IMG/VR virus record: IMGVR_UViG_3300012041_000008
Span: 1-48,405 of that record
Direction: 5' to 3' (one strand)
Source of the DNA: a virus
Lineage: Duplodnaviria; Caudoviricetes
DNA length: 48,405 nt
Of this stretch, positions 9,504 to 19,801 are shown in pieces (the first letter of the stretch is position 1; every line of letters begins with the position of its first letter). The notes beneath the pieces were generated by a model. The model was not told the DNA's origin. It did no database searches and saw only the letters and a program-made list of their open reading frames with translations. The position numbers and the translations under genes are program-made.

Positions 9504-11054
9504 TTAATAGTGTGGCTGGTAGGGATAACCAGGAGCAGGCTGTTGACCAAAGTTATAGCCACCACCATTCCAATTAGCACCACCACCTTCAGGAGTAGAA
9601 CTCCAACTAATATCACCAACATCACCTTGAACACCAGTATTACCAGTAGCCCAATTACTTCCACCTGTTGAACCACCGCCACCGCCACCGCCACCACCCC
9701 AGCTAGTCGCAACACCTAATCCGCCACCAATAGCATTAGCAAGACTTCCAGCTCTTTCCCAACCAGAAGTGCCACGATTCTGTGTCTGTAATCCTAATAG
9801 CTGTCCCTGTGTTCCATACTTACTATTCAAAGCATCAAGGGACATACCAGAGTAATTCTGGCTGGCTTGGAGATTGGTGTTATACATATCATGTAAGCCA
9901 CCAATACCAAACTGTTTCTGCTCATTACCATATTCAGTAAGCCATTGCTGATATTGAGCATTGGCCATTGCTTGATTTTGTGAAGCAGAACTTCTACCAG
10001 CAGCACCAGAAGCTCTAGCTTGTGCTTCTAATTGTGCTTGCATCATAGTCATCTGGTCTAATCCACCAGCTTGCTGTAATCCAAATTGGTCTAATCCGCT
10101 TGCTTGTCCTAATCCCCACTGACCTAAACCAGTTTGAGATTCTTGTAATCCTCTTAAGCCAGTAGCTTGATTGGCTGTAATACCCATCTGAGTATTTAAG
10201 CCTAAGTCACCAGCAGAACGAGCACCTTGTAATTGATTAGCAGTCCTAAGACCAGCTAATTCTAATCCTTGACCAGATAAGAACTGTCCTGCTCTTTCTT
10301 TACCGCCACGTATGGATTCTTGCAAACCCATTTCAGCAGCAGTTCTATCTTGACCCTGCTGTTGAGCAGATTGTCTAGCAAGTTTAAAGTCAACTGCTCC
10401 AGCATTAGCAAGATTACCAGTGGAGCTACGCTGTCTTTCAAGATTGTCTTTAAGAGCAGAGAAATAGGCAGGAGAAGAGGCAGCAGACTTAGCTCTAACT
10501 AAAGCTTTATCTTGTTCAGAATACCCACCAGTTTGTTCCTGGTCAAGCATCTGTTTACGAAGGATATTATCTTTATCCTCTTGAGTAATACCACCAGTTT
10601 GGCCAATACCAGTAAGTGTATCTACGTTACCATATATCTGGTCTAATTTAGCCTGGTCAAATCCACCACTTGCTCCAGCTAACTTTCTAAAGCCGGTATC
10701 AGCTTCACCATAATCAGGACGATAGGCATTATTAAAGGCAGAAGATAATCCTCTATATGCAGAAGAGCCTAATGTTGGAGCAGAATATCCACCGCCACCG
10801 CCACCACCAGCAGAACCAATCTGGTTAATAGCATTCTGCATTCTTTCTCTATCAGCATCAGTTAATCCACCACCCTGGGCGTAGTTAGAATAACCTGCTC
10901 TAGATTCATTATAGTCATTGGTGGCTCTATCCCAAGTGGTATCGCCACGACCACCTATCTTATCATATAAGGAGTTATACTCTGTTTCAGATTGATTAAT
11001 CTTCTGTTGAGATTGATTATAGATATCGCCTTCTTTACTTTTAGCCATTGTCAT
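9504..11054 (-). CDS. Gly/Gln-rich internal virion (pilot/ejection) protein
   Basis: Low-complexity G/Q/A/S composition; position between GNAT-like gene and other ejection genes. Confidence 0.6.
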   Translation of the reverse strand: MTMAKSKEGDIYNQSQQKINQSETEYNSLYDKIGGRGDTTWDRATNDYNESRAGYSNYAQGGGLTDADRERMQNAINQIGSAGGGGGGGYSAPTLGSSAYRGLSSAFNNAYRPDYGEADTGFRKLAGASGGFDQAKLDQIYGNVDTLTGIGQTGGITQEDKDNILRKQMLDQEQTGGYSEQDKALVRAKSAASSPAYFSALKDNLERQRSSTGNLANAGAVDFKLARQSAQQQGQDRTAAEMGLQESIRGGKERAGQFLSGQGLELAGLRTANQLQGARSAGDLGLNTQMGITANQATGLRGLQESQTGLGQWGLGQASGLDQFGLQQAGGLDQMTMMQAQLEAQARASGAAGRSSASQNQAMANAQYQQWLTEYGNEQKQFGIGGLHDMYNTNLQASQNYSGMSLDALNSKYGTQGQLLGLQTQNRGTSGWERAGSLANAIGGGLGVATSWGGGGGGGGGSTGGSNWATGNTGVQGDVGDISWSSTPEGGGANWNGGGYNFGQQPAPGYPYQPHY

Positions 11055-11421
11055 CCAAATCTAAGAAAAGTGGTGTTCCAGCGCAAACACCATAATTAAA
11101 TCGTTCTACTAATAGCTTGGCAAATGATTCATCCGTAACGTAAGAATGAACCATATCAATGCCACGAGCCTTAGTAAGTTCAGTAGACTTTTCTGACAAT
11201 AACTTCAGTGACTTTACTTTTGTTGCTTTGGGCGAATCTAGCTTGGGGACAAATACTATCTCTACAAATTTCTTAGTATATCCCCAAGCTACTATCTTTT
11301 CATTATCCTCAACTACAAGGATATCCAGAATGTTATTAAAGTTTGGAAATGGAAATTCATGTCCCCTATGTAGTTCTACTAACTGGGACCAATCTTCTCT
11401 TTTAGCTGGGCGAACTTCCAT
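11041..11421 (-). CDS. GNAT-fold protein (position like T7 gp13/P22 gp14)
   Basis: MEVRPAKREDW..L start, LVVEDNEKIVAWG, FNY end. Confidence 0.6.
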   Translation of the reverse strand: MEVRPAKREDWSQLVELHRGHEFPFPNFNNILDILVVEDNEKIVAWGYTKKFVEIVFVPKLDSPKATKVKSLKLLSEKSTELTKARGIDMVHSYVTDESFAKLLVERFNYGVCAGTPLFLDLDDNG

Positions 11422-11779
11422 TGGGGTTCTTAATCCAAGCTAATGTCTTAATAGCATTACGAGCAGATTCACCAATAGACCATGGAACTTTAGAAATGTA
11501 ATCATATAGTAGGTCTGCTTCATTATCGTCTATATTAATGGAAAGAGTAGTATCCTCACCAAATAATAATTCTCTATCAGGTTCTTTTAAGCCTGGTAAC
11601 ATCTTACCACACTTACAAGGCTCACTGATTCCTTCTAACTTATCAAGTAAAGAAATCTCTCTGTTCAGAACGGTTAATCCTTTTTGAGTATTCTGATTAC
11701 CCAAAACGATTAGACCATGAAAGAGGACTTCAAAACGCTTCTTGCTTAACTCATCATTCTCAAACTTTAGTGTTCTCAT
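11402..11779 (-). CDS. Hypothetical protein (possible tail-fibre chaperone)
   Basis: GAGG RBS; follows tail fibre gene. Confidence 0.55.
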   Translation of the reverse strand: MRTLKFENDELSKKRFEVLFHGLIVLGNQNTQKGLTVLNREISLLDKLEGISEPCKCGKMLPGLKEPDRELLFGEDTTLSINIDDNEADLLYDYISKVPWSIGESARNAIKTLAWIKNPNGSSPS

Positions 11780-11791
11780 TTTAACCTCAAC

Positions 11792-13174
11792 TTAGTCTTT
11801 GCGACACCAAATAACGCCAATGTAAGGTGGATAGTGGTCAGCATAGTCAGAGTTTACGCTAAAGCTATGGCTATGTCCTGGTTCAGAAGATGTGTTACCA
11901 TCAACATCTACATGCTGAACTTCAACATCAAGTTCTTGATAATGGTCAATATCATGGTAGTGTGTGCCAATAGTCTGTCTAGAAGAACCACCACCATCAT
12001 ATGTAAATGTGTCACCATTAGCATTTTTGGTGACAATTTCTATATCTCCTCTAGCTTTACCATATCCATTACCTTGACCATTAAATGAATGAGCATGTGA
12101 ACCAATAGAACTGGTATTACCACCTACTCCATGTCTATGTTGAGTGTTCCCACCAGTTCCACCGAAGCCAGTAGAACCCATTGGAAATCTATTATCTAAA
12201 CTAGCTACTCTAGACCAACCACTAGGACAGCCTGATTCAAAGATAGCAATTAAACCAGATGGAATAGTGCTTCCACCAGAACCAGGAGGAACTGCCCACC
12301 AACCATCACCTCTTAAGAAGGTTGTAGAATCATAACCACCAACACCCATTCTAGCTTGAGGAACCATTCCACTTGCTAAATTAGAAGCATTAAGATTAGA
12401 TAAACCCGAGCCAATACCATTTATTACACCAGCATTAGTTATATGAAGTATGTTAGCAGCAAATGACCCATCATCATTTTGAGCTTGAACATAGAAATCA
12501 CCAAGATAGTTAAAGAAATTTAACCTATGTTTATTTGCTGCTCCAGAACTACCAATTAAAAGGAATCCAGGATTAGCTCCACTTATTGTGACTGATTCAG
12601 CAGCAAAAGTGTTTATACCAGTCCAAGTATTATTAGAAGCTAGTAAACCAACACCAGATAATCTAGCAGCAGGAACAGTTCCAGTTGTTAGATTACTAGC
12701 ATTAAGCTGTGTTATTGAAGTTCCAGGTGCAAATACTACGCCAGTTCCATTAGAAAGTAAAACGGTTCCAGCGGCTCCTAATGATAATGATGCTCCAGTT
12801 CCGCCTCTAGCTAATGCAATAATACCAGATGTAATGTCATTGGCTGAGAAGTTAACACCAGTGATTGTTCCACCAGTAATATTAACAGCATTGCTATTTT
12901 GAGTAGCCATGCTGCCAAGACCAAGACTGGTAATAATTTCTGCCGGTGTAGTTCCACCAGTTCCACCACCAGCTAATCCTATTACTTTAGGAACCCATGC
13001 TCCTGCTAACCATTCCTCAAAGATATTAATGGAACGGTTAAACCGCATAGCATGTTCAGGTAAATTCGTTGGAGCACCATAATTAATAGTGCCAGCATCA
13101 ACGAACTTATCATTCATCTCTGTTACAAATTCTAAGTAATCAGAGACGGCGGTAGGTAGATTCCAATTAGCCAT
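11792..13174 (-). CDS. Tail fibre protein with C-terminal collar-like domain
   Basis: GGTG repeats, LNASNL..G.VP.AR twice, IPSGLIAIF..CPSGW..RFPMG, H.H motifs, PPYIGVIWCRK end. Confidence 0.85.
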   Translation of the reverse strand: MANWNLPTAVSDYLEFVTEMNDKFVDAGTINYGAPTNLPEHAMRFNRSINIFEEWLAGAWVPKVIGLAGGGTGGTTPAEIITSLGLGSMATQNSNAVNITGGTITGVNFSANDITSGIIALARGGTGASLSLGAAGTVLLSNGTGVVFAPGTSITQLNASNLTTGTVPAARLSGVGLLASNNTWTGINTFAAESVTISGANPGFLLIGSSGAANKHRLNFFNYLGDFYVQAQNDDGSFAANILHITNAGVINGIGSGLSNLNASNLASGMVPQARMGVGGYDSTTFLRGDGWWAVPPGSGGSTIPSGLIAIFESGCPSGWSRVASLDNRFPMGSTGFGGTGGNTQHRHGVGGNTSSIGSHAHSFNGQGNGYGKARGDIEIVTKNANGDTFTYDGGGSSRQTIGTHYHDIDHYQELDVEVQHVDVDGNTSSEPGHSHSFSVNSDYADHYPPYIGVIWCRKD

Positions 13175-13180
13175 TTAATC

Positions 13181-14386
13181 CTACAGTGATGGAGCAGGAA
13201 AAGGAGTAGGTGGTGGTTCAAATACCTCTAATGGCGGTAATATATTTCTATACTCAGCAATTTCATATACTCCCTTTACCCTTAATGTATCTCCAGCAGC
13301 ACCAAGTAATCCTACTAAGAATCTAGATTTAGCAGAATCAGTATGAGCTATGTTACCCTCTCTTAATACATTATCTCCATTACTTAATACTACTGAACCT
13401 ATCATAGCTCCAGGTCCAACCTCTGCTGCGGCTGGTAATGGATAATCAAACTCTAATCCAGTTCCAAGAGATGGTATACCAGTTAAATCAAAGTTAGCCC
13501 AGAAGGTACAGGTATTTCCTACTAATGTAAATCTACCCGTTGGTGGATTCTGAAATGCTATTGGTCCAGAACTGTTCTTTATTACTGGAGTAAAGTTATC
13601 CCAATGTCCTAGACCGATATCACGGTCATATTCTTTAAGAAGTCCATGGGCTAAGAATGATATTGCGTGCATATATCGTTGTGCATATATATCATTGTTA
13701 GTATATAATCCGAAAACACTTGTATGTGCAGATAAGTAATAACTACTTTGTTGATTCCCACCATCAGCAGAATTGGCTGGATAATAGTATCCACCACCTG
13801 CTCCATACATAGTAGAATTATGCCATATTCCAGCAGCAACATAAAGACCAGTATTAATATATAATCCATAGCTACTATGACCTGCTATATACCAACTACC
13901 TTGAGAACCAGCACCAACTTGACCTGGGTAAATATATCCACCAGATTGAATAATACTACCAGTAGCAGAAAGATAATTTCCAGCACTTACATTTATTCCA
14001 GCAGTAAAATTAGTAGCTCCTACTGTTAAATCAACTAAGTTATTTGAATTTCCAGTAGAAACAAAATTCTTTGCTTTTATACCTGCCCAATCAGCATTAT
14101 TAGCAGTTACTACTTCTAGAACAGCACCAGTATACCTTAATGCAGGAAATGCAACAGTAGTTCCACCAAACTTTATTAATGGACCAGAACCACTCAGTTC
14201 AAGATTAACTATCTTATCATTTCCACCCGATTCATGTGTAGCATGATGAGCTTGAACACCAGAAGGTGGAACATTAATAAGCTGACTATAATCAATAGGT
14301 AATTTAACCCACGGTCCTGCACCTACCTGACCGGCAGAGGTATCATATTCCCAAATATAACCGGCTTCGTTATACCTAATAAACAT
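13181..14386 (-). CDS. Second tail fibre/receptor-binding protein
   Basis: HHATHESGG.D motif, Gly/Tyr-rich repeats, C-terminal GRFTLVGNTC beta-sandwich; start at MFIRYN behind GAGGAG. Confidence 0.7.
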   Translation of the reverse strand: MFIRYNEAGYIWEYDTSAGQVGAGPWVKLPIDYSQLINVPPSGVQAHHATHESGGNDKIVNLELSGSGPLIKFGGTTVAFPALRYTGAVLEVVTANNADWAGIKAKNFVSTGNSNNLVDLTVGATNFTAGINVSAGNYLSATGSIIQSGGYIYPGQVGAGSQGSWYIAGHSSYGLYINTGLYVAAGIWHNSTMYGAGGGYYYPANSADGGNQQSSYYLSAHTSVFGLYTNNDIYAQRYMHAISFLAHGLLKEYDRDIGLGHWDNFTPVIKNSSGPIAFQNPPTGRFTLVGNTCTFWANFDLTGIPSLGTGLEFDYPLPAAAEVGPGAMIGSVVLSNGDNVLREGNIAHTDSAKSRFLVGLLGAAGDTLRVKGVYEIAEYRNILPPLEVFEPPPTPFPAPSL

Positions 14387-15801
14387 TAAACAACTCCTCT
14401 GGCTTTCCAATTAACAGGGCTATCTACCCTATTACCAGAAGAATCGAATACAAGAACAAAGAAGCTATCTTTAGTAACATTATCTGTTACTGCATATAGC
14501 GGTTGTAATGAGATTGCTGGAGTAGCTGTAACAGAGTTCATACCAGTAAATGTCTTGTTATAGAATATCTCTGTTCCACCAGCATCAGCAGCAAAACACT
14601 CATCATTACCAGAGTCAATCGTTAGTGTTACGTTAAGGATAACCTCAAGATTAGAAATGAAAGCTACTGATAAATCTTCAGCGTTGGTAAATGTCCAGAG
14701 AACCTTGATATATCTGAAGCTAAGACCAAGAACGCTAATACCGTAAACAGGTTCAGACCAAGTAATGCCATCTTCAGAATACCAAATGGTTGTATTGATA
14801 TCAGTGTTACCAACTAACTGTAACTTATTGTAGTCAACAACTACTGTGAGGTTCTTATAGATTGTGCCAAAGTCGAATACTTCTTCGTAAGTTCCATCTC
14901 CAATATAAGACGGTTGATAGTAGAAAGGATAACCAGAATCATGCTGATGTTTAGGACTATCAAAATTGAAGAATTCATAATGCTCTGTCCACGTCTTAAT
15001 ATGAACCGGACCAATGATACCTACAACACCATTAACTCTAGTCTTAGCTGTTCTAACATAATCACCAGTATAGTCAGCTTCTAATGAATCAACAAACTCA
15101 AATTCTGATGGGTCATGTAAATCAGCAGTTCTTATTGGAGAACGGGCACTAACATTACCTACAATATCAACAGCTTCTACTGAGTAACTATAAGTGCCGC
15201 CAGATTGTTCTTGGATTAACTTAAAGGTTCCATAGATAGCACCAATAGGTGCATTGTTCTTATATACGATATAGTGGTCAATTCTCCAAGCTGAAGGAGG
15301 GACTGTCCATCTTAACAGAACTGTTGATACAACTACTTCTAATCCTAAATTCGGTGGTGGGATTAAAGGAATTACTAAGATTGCTATTGCTGGGTCGCCT
15401 AATTCACCAGCACTATTCATAGCTCTTAATAAGAATGTATAGGTTCCATATACAAAACTAAGGTGCATTGGGTCTAAATTGACTACGTTAGAACCAGTAG
15501 TAATAACTGGTCTAGCAGTATCCCAATTTGTTCCCAGCTTAATTACATATCTAAATGCTCCAGGTAAGTCATCCCACTGTAAACGTAAGTTATCAGGATA
15601 GGCAATACCTACAAAGTTTTCTGGTATTCCTGGTTTACTTCCTGCTCCAGCTTGTTCTAAATCACTTGGAGAAATAGTAGGGAATACTTCCTCGTTAATC
15701 TTATAGAGGTCATCAATGAGAAGCTGTAAAGCCCGAAATAACGTCGGGTTCTGCTTATCATCAATTCTAATAAGATTGCGAACAGCATTCTCATTAGACA
15801 C
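14386..15801 (-). CDS. Tail protein with two fibronectin type III-like domains
   Basis: LQWD..YTFLLRAMNSAGELG and LRWT..YSYSVEAVDIVGNVS. Confidence 0.7.
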   Translation of the reverse strand: MSNENAVRNLIRIDDKQNPTLFRALQLLIDDLYKINEEVFPTISPSDLEQAGAGSKPGIPENFVGIAYPDNLRLQWDDLPGAFRYVIKLGTNWDTARPVITTGSNVVNLDPMHLSFVYGTYTFLLRAMNSAGELGDPAIAILVIPLIPPPNLGLEVVVSTVLLRWTVPPSAWRIDHYIVYKNNAPIGAIYGTFKLIQEQSGGTYSYSVEAVDIVGNVSARSPIRTADLHDPSEFEFVDSLEADYTGDYVRTAKTRVNGVVGIIGPVHIKTWTEHYEFFNFDSPKHQHDSGYPFYYQPSYIGDGTYEEVFDFGTIYKNLTVVVDYNKLQLVGNTDINTTIWYSEDGITWSEPVYGISVLGLSFRYIKVLWTFTNAEDLSVAFISNLEVILNVTLTIDSGNDECFAADAGGTEIFYNKTFTGMNSVTATPAISLQPLYAVTDNVTKDSFFVLVFDSSGNRVDSPVNWKARGVV

Positions 15802-17704
15802 GAGGAGTTTCCGCCCAAAGAGATTTAGCGTCTACTGATAAGTCAAAGATAGTAAACTTATCACCAGCGTTAATGTTGGACATTAATTTCACAGACATCT
15901 TAGTATCAGTGAAATTGATAGGCTTCTGGTAGTAGAGATTAGGAGTTAGAGTTAATACAAACTTAGGTGGAGTAGCAATCTTAACTCTATTAGTTCCATA
16001 GAGATAGACGTTTAAGTCTCCTACTCCCTGACCTCTAAACTCTAAGAAGCCATAATGATTTACGAATTTCCCCTTCGTAGCAATAAGATGCAGCTGAATA
16101 TAAGAAGTAATACGAGTGTTATCATCTAAGTCTACACGCTTATCTGATTCGTATATATTACCTTCAAAGCCGGCTTGCTTTAGAACAGTATCTTTGAAAG
16201 CATTAGAATCAAGAACAATAGTAGATACAAGCCAGGGAAAAGCCCATAAAGACCATCTAACAAGAGAACCTACTAACTGCCCATAACGATTAAATGCGTT
16301 GGCATAATCACCAACCACAATATGAGAACACTCAACAGAATTATCAAGTGGAATACAAGCATATAAAACTTGGCTTTCAGGGTCATCTACTACCTGGACT
16401 TTGTTAAAGTGTAGTTTGTTAATCCTCTTCCAGATATCACTTATATTAGTAGTAAAATCAGGGTTCTGGAATCCGCCACCTTCATATACATAGATACCAG
16501 ATTTGTCACCCTGAAAGAATCTCTTAGTAGATGTTCCTCTAGAATCAAGAATCTTAGAAACAGAAAATACTTCTGCTCCTATTGCTTTATCAAGAGGGTC
16601 ACAACGCCAAGTATCAGGGTCGAAACCAGAATCAACAGTAACATACGTTCTGTCTTGCGTTTGTATGAATAGTGAGGTTTCATGGTCTACTACGTTAGTA
16701 ATAGAACTTATAGAATCAGATGGGTCTAAATATAGTAAGCCACCAGTCTGGTCAAATGTTTCTACAAAGATTGCTCTAGAGAAGAATACATAATGTTCAA
16801 ACCCTGGGATTCCCCAGACACACATCCTATTATTATAGACTGTTAATCCCAGTCCGCAAGCAACAGTAGAACGGCTATCAAACAGGTAATCGGCAGAGTC
16901 AATAAGGTCATCGTCAAAGAAGTCAATGTCTAACTTCTCCGTATCAGTGTTATTAGGAATCCTTCCATTAGGACAGAAGAAAAACTCATAACCAAATTGA
17001 TTACCAGTATACATTCCTTCTGGTATAGCTTTGGTAATAAGTAATCTTCTAGCTACTGTTCCAGCCGGACCAATTCCAATGTCCCTTACATCAAGTTTAA
17101 ATAAGCCAGGTGAATCTACTTGACCAAAAACTTCAGGGCCAGGAGCAGTAATAAAACCTGTTGAGGTTTCATAAGCTACTGCTATTAGATACTTACCAAA
17201 AGCTAAATTACCAGAATTGGTAGAGATAGTTGGTAAAAGAGTAAAACCAGTTGGAGGTGTTCCACCAGCAGGTCTTATTGTTCCAGGTCCAGCACCTTCG
17301 TAGACTTGTATAAAAGTGCCCGGAATACCAGATACCCTATTGTGAAAAGTAATATAAGCCCGATTAAGAAAATTGACAGCGCTAAAATCCAAATATTCAA
17401 CGTTGGTAATAATAGGTGAGTCATATAGAGAATCCCACAAATTGCCAGAAGTATCAAGAATAAGGTAGCGAGAAGTTTCATTTAACCTCTTATACACAAA
17501 GAATCGGCGTATGTTGGCTTTATCAAAAATCCTAGAGAAGCCATCTCTAGTCCTTACTTCAATCTGTTCAAATTGAGTATTAAGACTATCAATAAAGTAG
17601 CCGGGCGGAACTGCATCATCAATGCCATTCGCATATAACCCTTTGAAGGATGCGATGGGTATTTGATTATGGTCCCTTAAACTCGGTGCTTTTGAAGGCA
17701 TCAA
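15794..17704 (-). CDS. Tail nozzle/DNA stabilisation protein (T7 gp12/P22 gp10-like)
   Basis: 636 aa beta-rich, FKGL..N...RTRDG N-terminus; position after adaptor. Confidence 0.7.
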   Translation of the reverse strand: MMPSKAPSLRDHNQIPIASFKGLYANGIDDAVPPGYFIDSLNTQFEQIEVRTRDGFSRIFDKANIRRFFVYKRLNETSRYLILDTSGNLWDSLYDSPIITNVEYLDFSAVNFLNRAYITFHNRVSGIPGTFIQVYEGAGPGTIRPAGGTPPTGFTLLPTISTNSGNLAFGKYLIAVAYETSTGFITAPGPEVFGQVDSPGLFKLDVRDIGIGPAGTVARRLLITKAIPEGMYTGNQFGYEFFFCPNGRIPNNTDTEKLDIDFFDDDLIDSADYLFDSRSTVACGLGLTVYNNRMCVWGIPGFEHYVFFSRAIFVETFDQTGGLLYLDPSDSISSITNVVDHETSLFIQTQDRTYVTVDSGFDPDTWRCDPLDKAIGAEVFSVSKILDSRGTSTKRFFQGDKSGIYVYEGGGFQNPDFTTNISDIWKRINKLHFNKVQVVDDPESQVLYACIPLDNSVECSHIVVGDYANAFNRYGQLVGSLVRWSLWAFPWLVSTIVLDSNAFKDTVLKQAGFEGNIYESDKRVDLDDNTRITSYIQLHLIATKGKFVNHYGFLEFRGQGVGDLNVYLYGTNRVKIATPPKFVLTLTPNLYYQKPINFTDTKMSVKLMSNINAGDKFTIFDLSVDAKSLWAETPRV

Positions 17705-17738
17705 ATTCCCCGGCTACTTTATTCCCGCTATTGCAAAA

Positions 17739-18104
17739 CTACTTCGGTTCCGCTGTCTCTGGCAATGAATTGTCAGGGACTAAAATCAGCCCATAACAAG
17801 CAAGCCACTTGACAATGAACCTTCTACCCGGAACAATCGGGAGAGAGTTATCTGGCTTCGGCTGGTCACCAGGTAATTCATTACTTGGAACCGTTGGGTC
17901 AAACGGAAACACTGGCAGGGTAGTAATATGTCCACCACCCGGCAATCCCTGTGAGGGATAGTTTGGCCCACCAGGTAAACCTTGAGATGGATAATTCGGT
18001 CCACCAGGTAATCCCTGAGAAGGATAACCACCACCCGGTAAAGAGTTATCCACATCTGGCCCACCTGGACCGCTAAGGAACGTAATCAAAGCAAGTCGTG
18101 ACAT
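17739..18104 (-). CDS. Pro/Gly-rich repeat protein
   Basis: AGGAG RBS; YPSQGLPGG x3 and DNSLP-like x4. Confidence 0.75.
   Translation of the reverse strand: MSRLALITFLSGPGGPDVDNSLPGGGYPSQGLPGGPNYPSQGLPGGPNYPSQGLPGGGHITTLPVFPFDPTVPSNELPGDQPKPDNSLPIVPGRRFIVKWLACYGLILVPDNSLPETAEPK
17931..18050 (-). repeat. Degenerate ~33-bp coding tandem repeat
   Basis: Encodes YPSQGLPGG(PN) units with synonymous divergence. Confidence 0.8.
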
Positions 18105-18128
18105 TCTTTTTCTCCTTCTTACTTACAA

Positions 18129-18491
18129 CTACATCATCTTATCAAAGATAAGATAGAATGTAATTGTATCTCCGCTTAATCCCGCTGGAACTGCACCTGC
18201 ACCTACTTCTGCTCCAGCAAGAGTTAAAATCTTGAGCTTCTTTGTAGTCGGATTATACTGACCATAATAGGCCAATCCAACCACATTAACCCAGAATGGC
18301 TGTGAACCAATACCAGGTAAAGGAATACCTAATCCTGCTCCATCTACCATATTGGCAACAAAATCTAAAGCATTGCCACCAGTAGTATAAGTATCAGCAG
18401 CAGGAGCAACAGCCAATGTGCCGATACAATGGATTTTCTTACCGTCGTCCCATACCTTCTTAGAAGTCGGTGTCAGTTTAGCTTCAGCCAT
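18129..18491 (-). CDS. Hypothetical virion protein
   Basis: 120 aa Gly/Ala/Thr-rich within structural operon. Confidence 0.55.
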   Translation of the reverse strand: MAEAKLTPTSKKVWDDGKKIHCIGTLAVAPAADTYTTGGNALDFVANMVDGAGLGIPLPGIGSQPFWVNVVGLAYYGQYNPTTKKLKILTLAGAEVGAGAVPAGLSGDTITFYLIFDKMM

Positions 18492-18496
18492 TTCAA

Positions 18497-19156
18497 TTAC
18501 CTCGTAAAGTTTACAAATCTGTTCAAACGGAAAGGTCTACGGCGAACCGGCCTACCATGACTCTGCTTCACTTCTTTCTTTAACAACTTATTTAACTTTT
18601 GGATAGCTTGACTTTCAAGGTCTATTGCCTTAGTTCTGTTTTGTCCAATATGTTCAGAAGCTAAAGCAGCAGTATGGTAAGCGAGATAGTTCAACGCGTG
18701 AGTTAATTCAACAGGACTATTATCTCCAATAATCTCTAGAATAAGCCGAGTGTATCTAATCCTCAACTGCTTATTCGTAGTAGAGCCAATGAAGTTAATA
18801 GCCTGCTCTCTCCAAGTCCAAACACTTAATTCATTACCAGGAAGAACATTAGGTAGATATTCTCTCTGGTGACAATACCTATAAAAACTGTCATCCTCTC
18901 CACTGTTCTTCTCAAAGACTTCGACAGGAACAATGAAATCATTAGGAAGTGGAGGAGATTTGAAACCAACAGGTAAAGCAATATCAGCAGAAACTTCTTT
19001 CTGAACTGTTGCTCCATTGTCAACTAATTCATCAGATAAATCATCGTTAGCTATCCTAAGATATGGCAGCAATACCTCATTAGTATAGAGGTCTTGTGCA
19101 ATATCATTAAGAACAGCACGAGAACGATTCATTATATCTGATGCTAGTGTCGGCAT
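18497..19156 (-). CDS. Head-tail adaptor (T7 gp11/P22 gp4-like)
   Basis: DIMNRSRAVLND..LLPYL helical start, LPNDF, IRY, LAY..AA pattern. Confidence 0.7.
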   Translation of the reverse strand: MPTLASDIMNRSRAVLNDIAQDLYTNEVLLPYLRIANDDLSDELVDNGATVQKEVSADIALPVGFKSPPLPNDFIVPVEVFEKNSGEDDSFYRYCHQREYLPNVLPGNELSVWTWREQAINFIGSTTNKQLRIRYTRLILEIIGDNSPVELTHALNYLAYHTAALASEHIGQNRTKAIDLESQAIQKLNKLLKKEVKQSHGRPVRRRPFRLNRFVNFTR

Positions 19157-19158
19157 TG

Positions 19159-19797
19159 TTATACCTTAGCTGGAATCTGCTTAGCTGGCTCTGGTAAAAT
19201 ACCGAATGCTGCTGCCTTTGCTCTATCCAAGATTGCATTACAATGTAAGCAGATAACTGCTCTTGCATCAATCTTAGAGAAGCAAGCTGGGCAATCAATT
19301 AATCCAGCATTCTGATTGTATTCTACTAACCACTCAGCTTTATGTCCAAGATACTGAGCAGCATATCTTTGATGGCCGGAGATTAAACCAAGTTTGTGAT
19401 ACTGGTTCCAATCATCATCGGCTTTCTTACAGAGATTTTCAAACCAACGAGTCTGTCTCTGTTTCAATAACTCTAATGCTTCTTTATGATGAGCAAGAAC
19501 TTCTGTCTTAGTAATCTTGCCATCAAACCACATCATACCTGGGCCGGCATTATCATCTGCCTCAATGACAGTATTGATAAAGTCATCAACAATAGACTTG
19601 GCAATATGATGAGCCGCAACAGGGATAACAATATTATGGTCTGTTGCAGGTAGCCTTTGAATATATGACGACTCTTCAATATGAACAAGAATAAAGTCAT
19701 CTTTGGGTGCCGCTGGAATTTTGAAATAACCTCTGTTGATAGGCTTAATTTCAATGGTTTCAAACGGGCAGATGGATAGAATTGTCGCTGTTGGCAT
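19159..19797 (-). CDS. Hypothetical protein with C-terminal zinc ribbon
   Basis: CPAC-x9-CLHC. Confidence 0.7.
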   Translation of the reverse strand: MPTATILSICPFETIEIKPINRGYFKIPAAPKDDFILVHIEESSYIQRLPATDHNIVIPVAAHHIAKSIVDDFINTVIEADDNAGPGMMWFDGKITKTEVLAHHKEALELLKQRQTRWFENLCKKADDDWNQYHKLGLISGHQRYAAQYLGHKAEWLVEYNQNAGLIDCPACFSKIDARAVICLHCNAILDRAKAAAFGILPEPAKQIPAKV

Positions 19798-19801
19798 TGG
19801 T

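Noticed and set aside
7391-12902. Plus-strand ORFs antisense to Pro/Gly-rich structural genes (7391, 10320, 11159, 11834, 12144, 12588) and alternate-frame minus-strand ORFs (8073, 9485)
   Set aside because: Shadows of biased codon usage in the real genes
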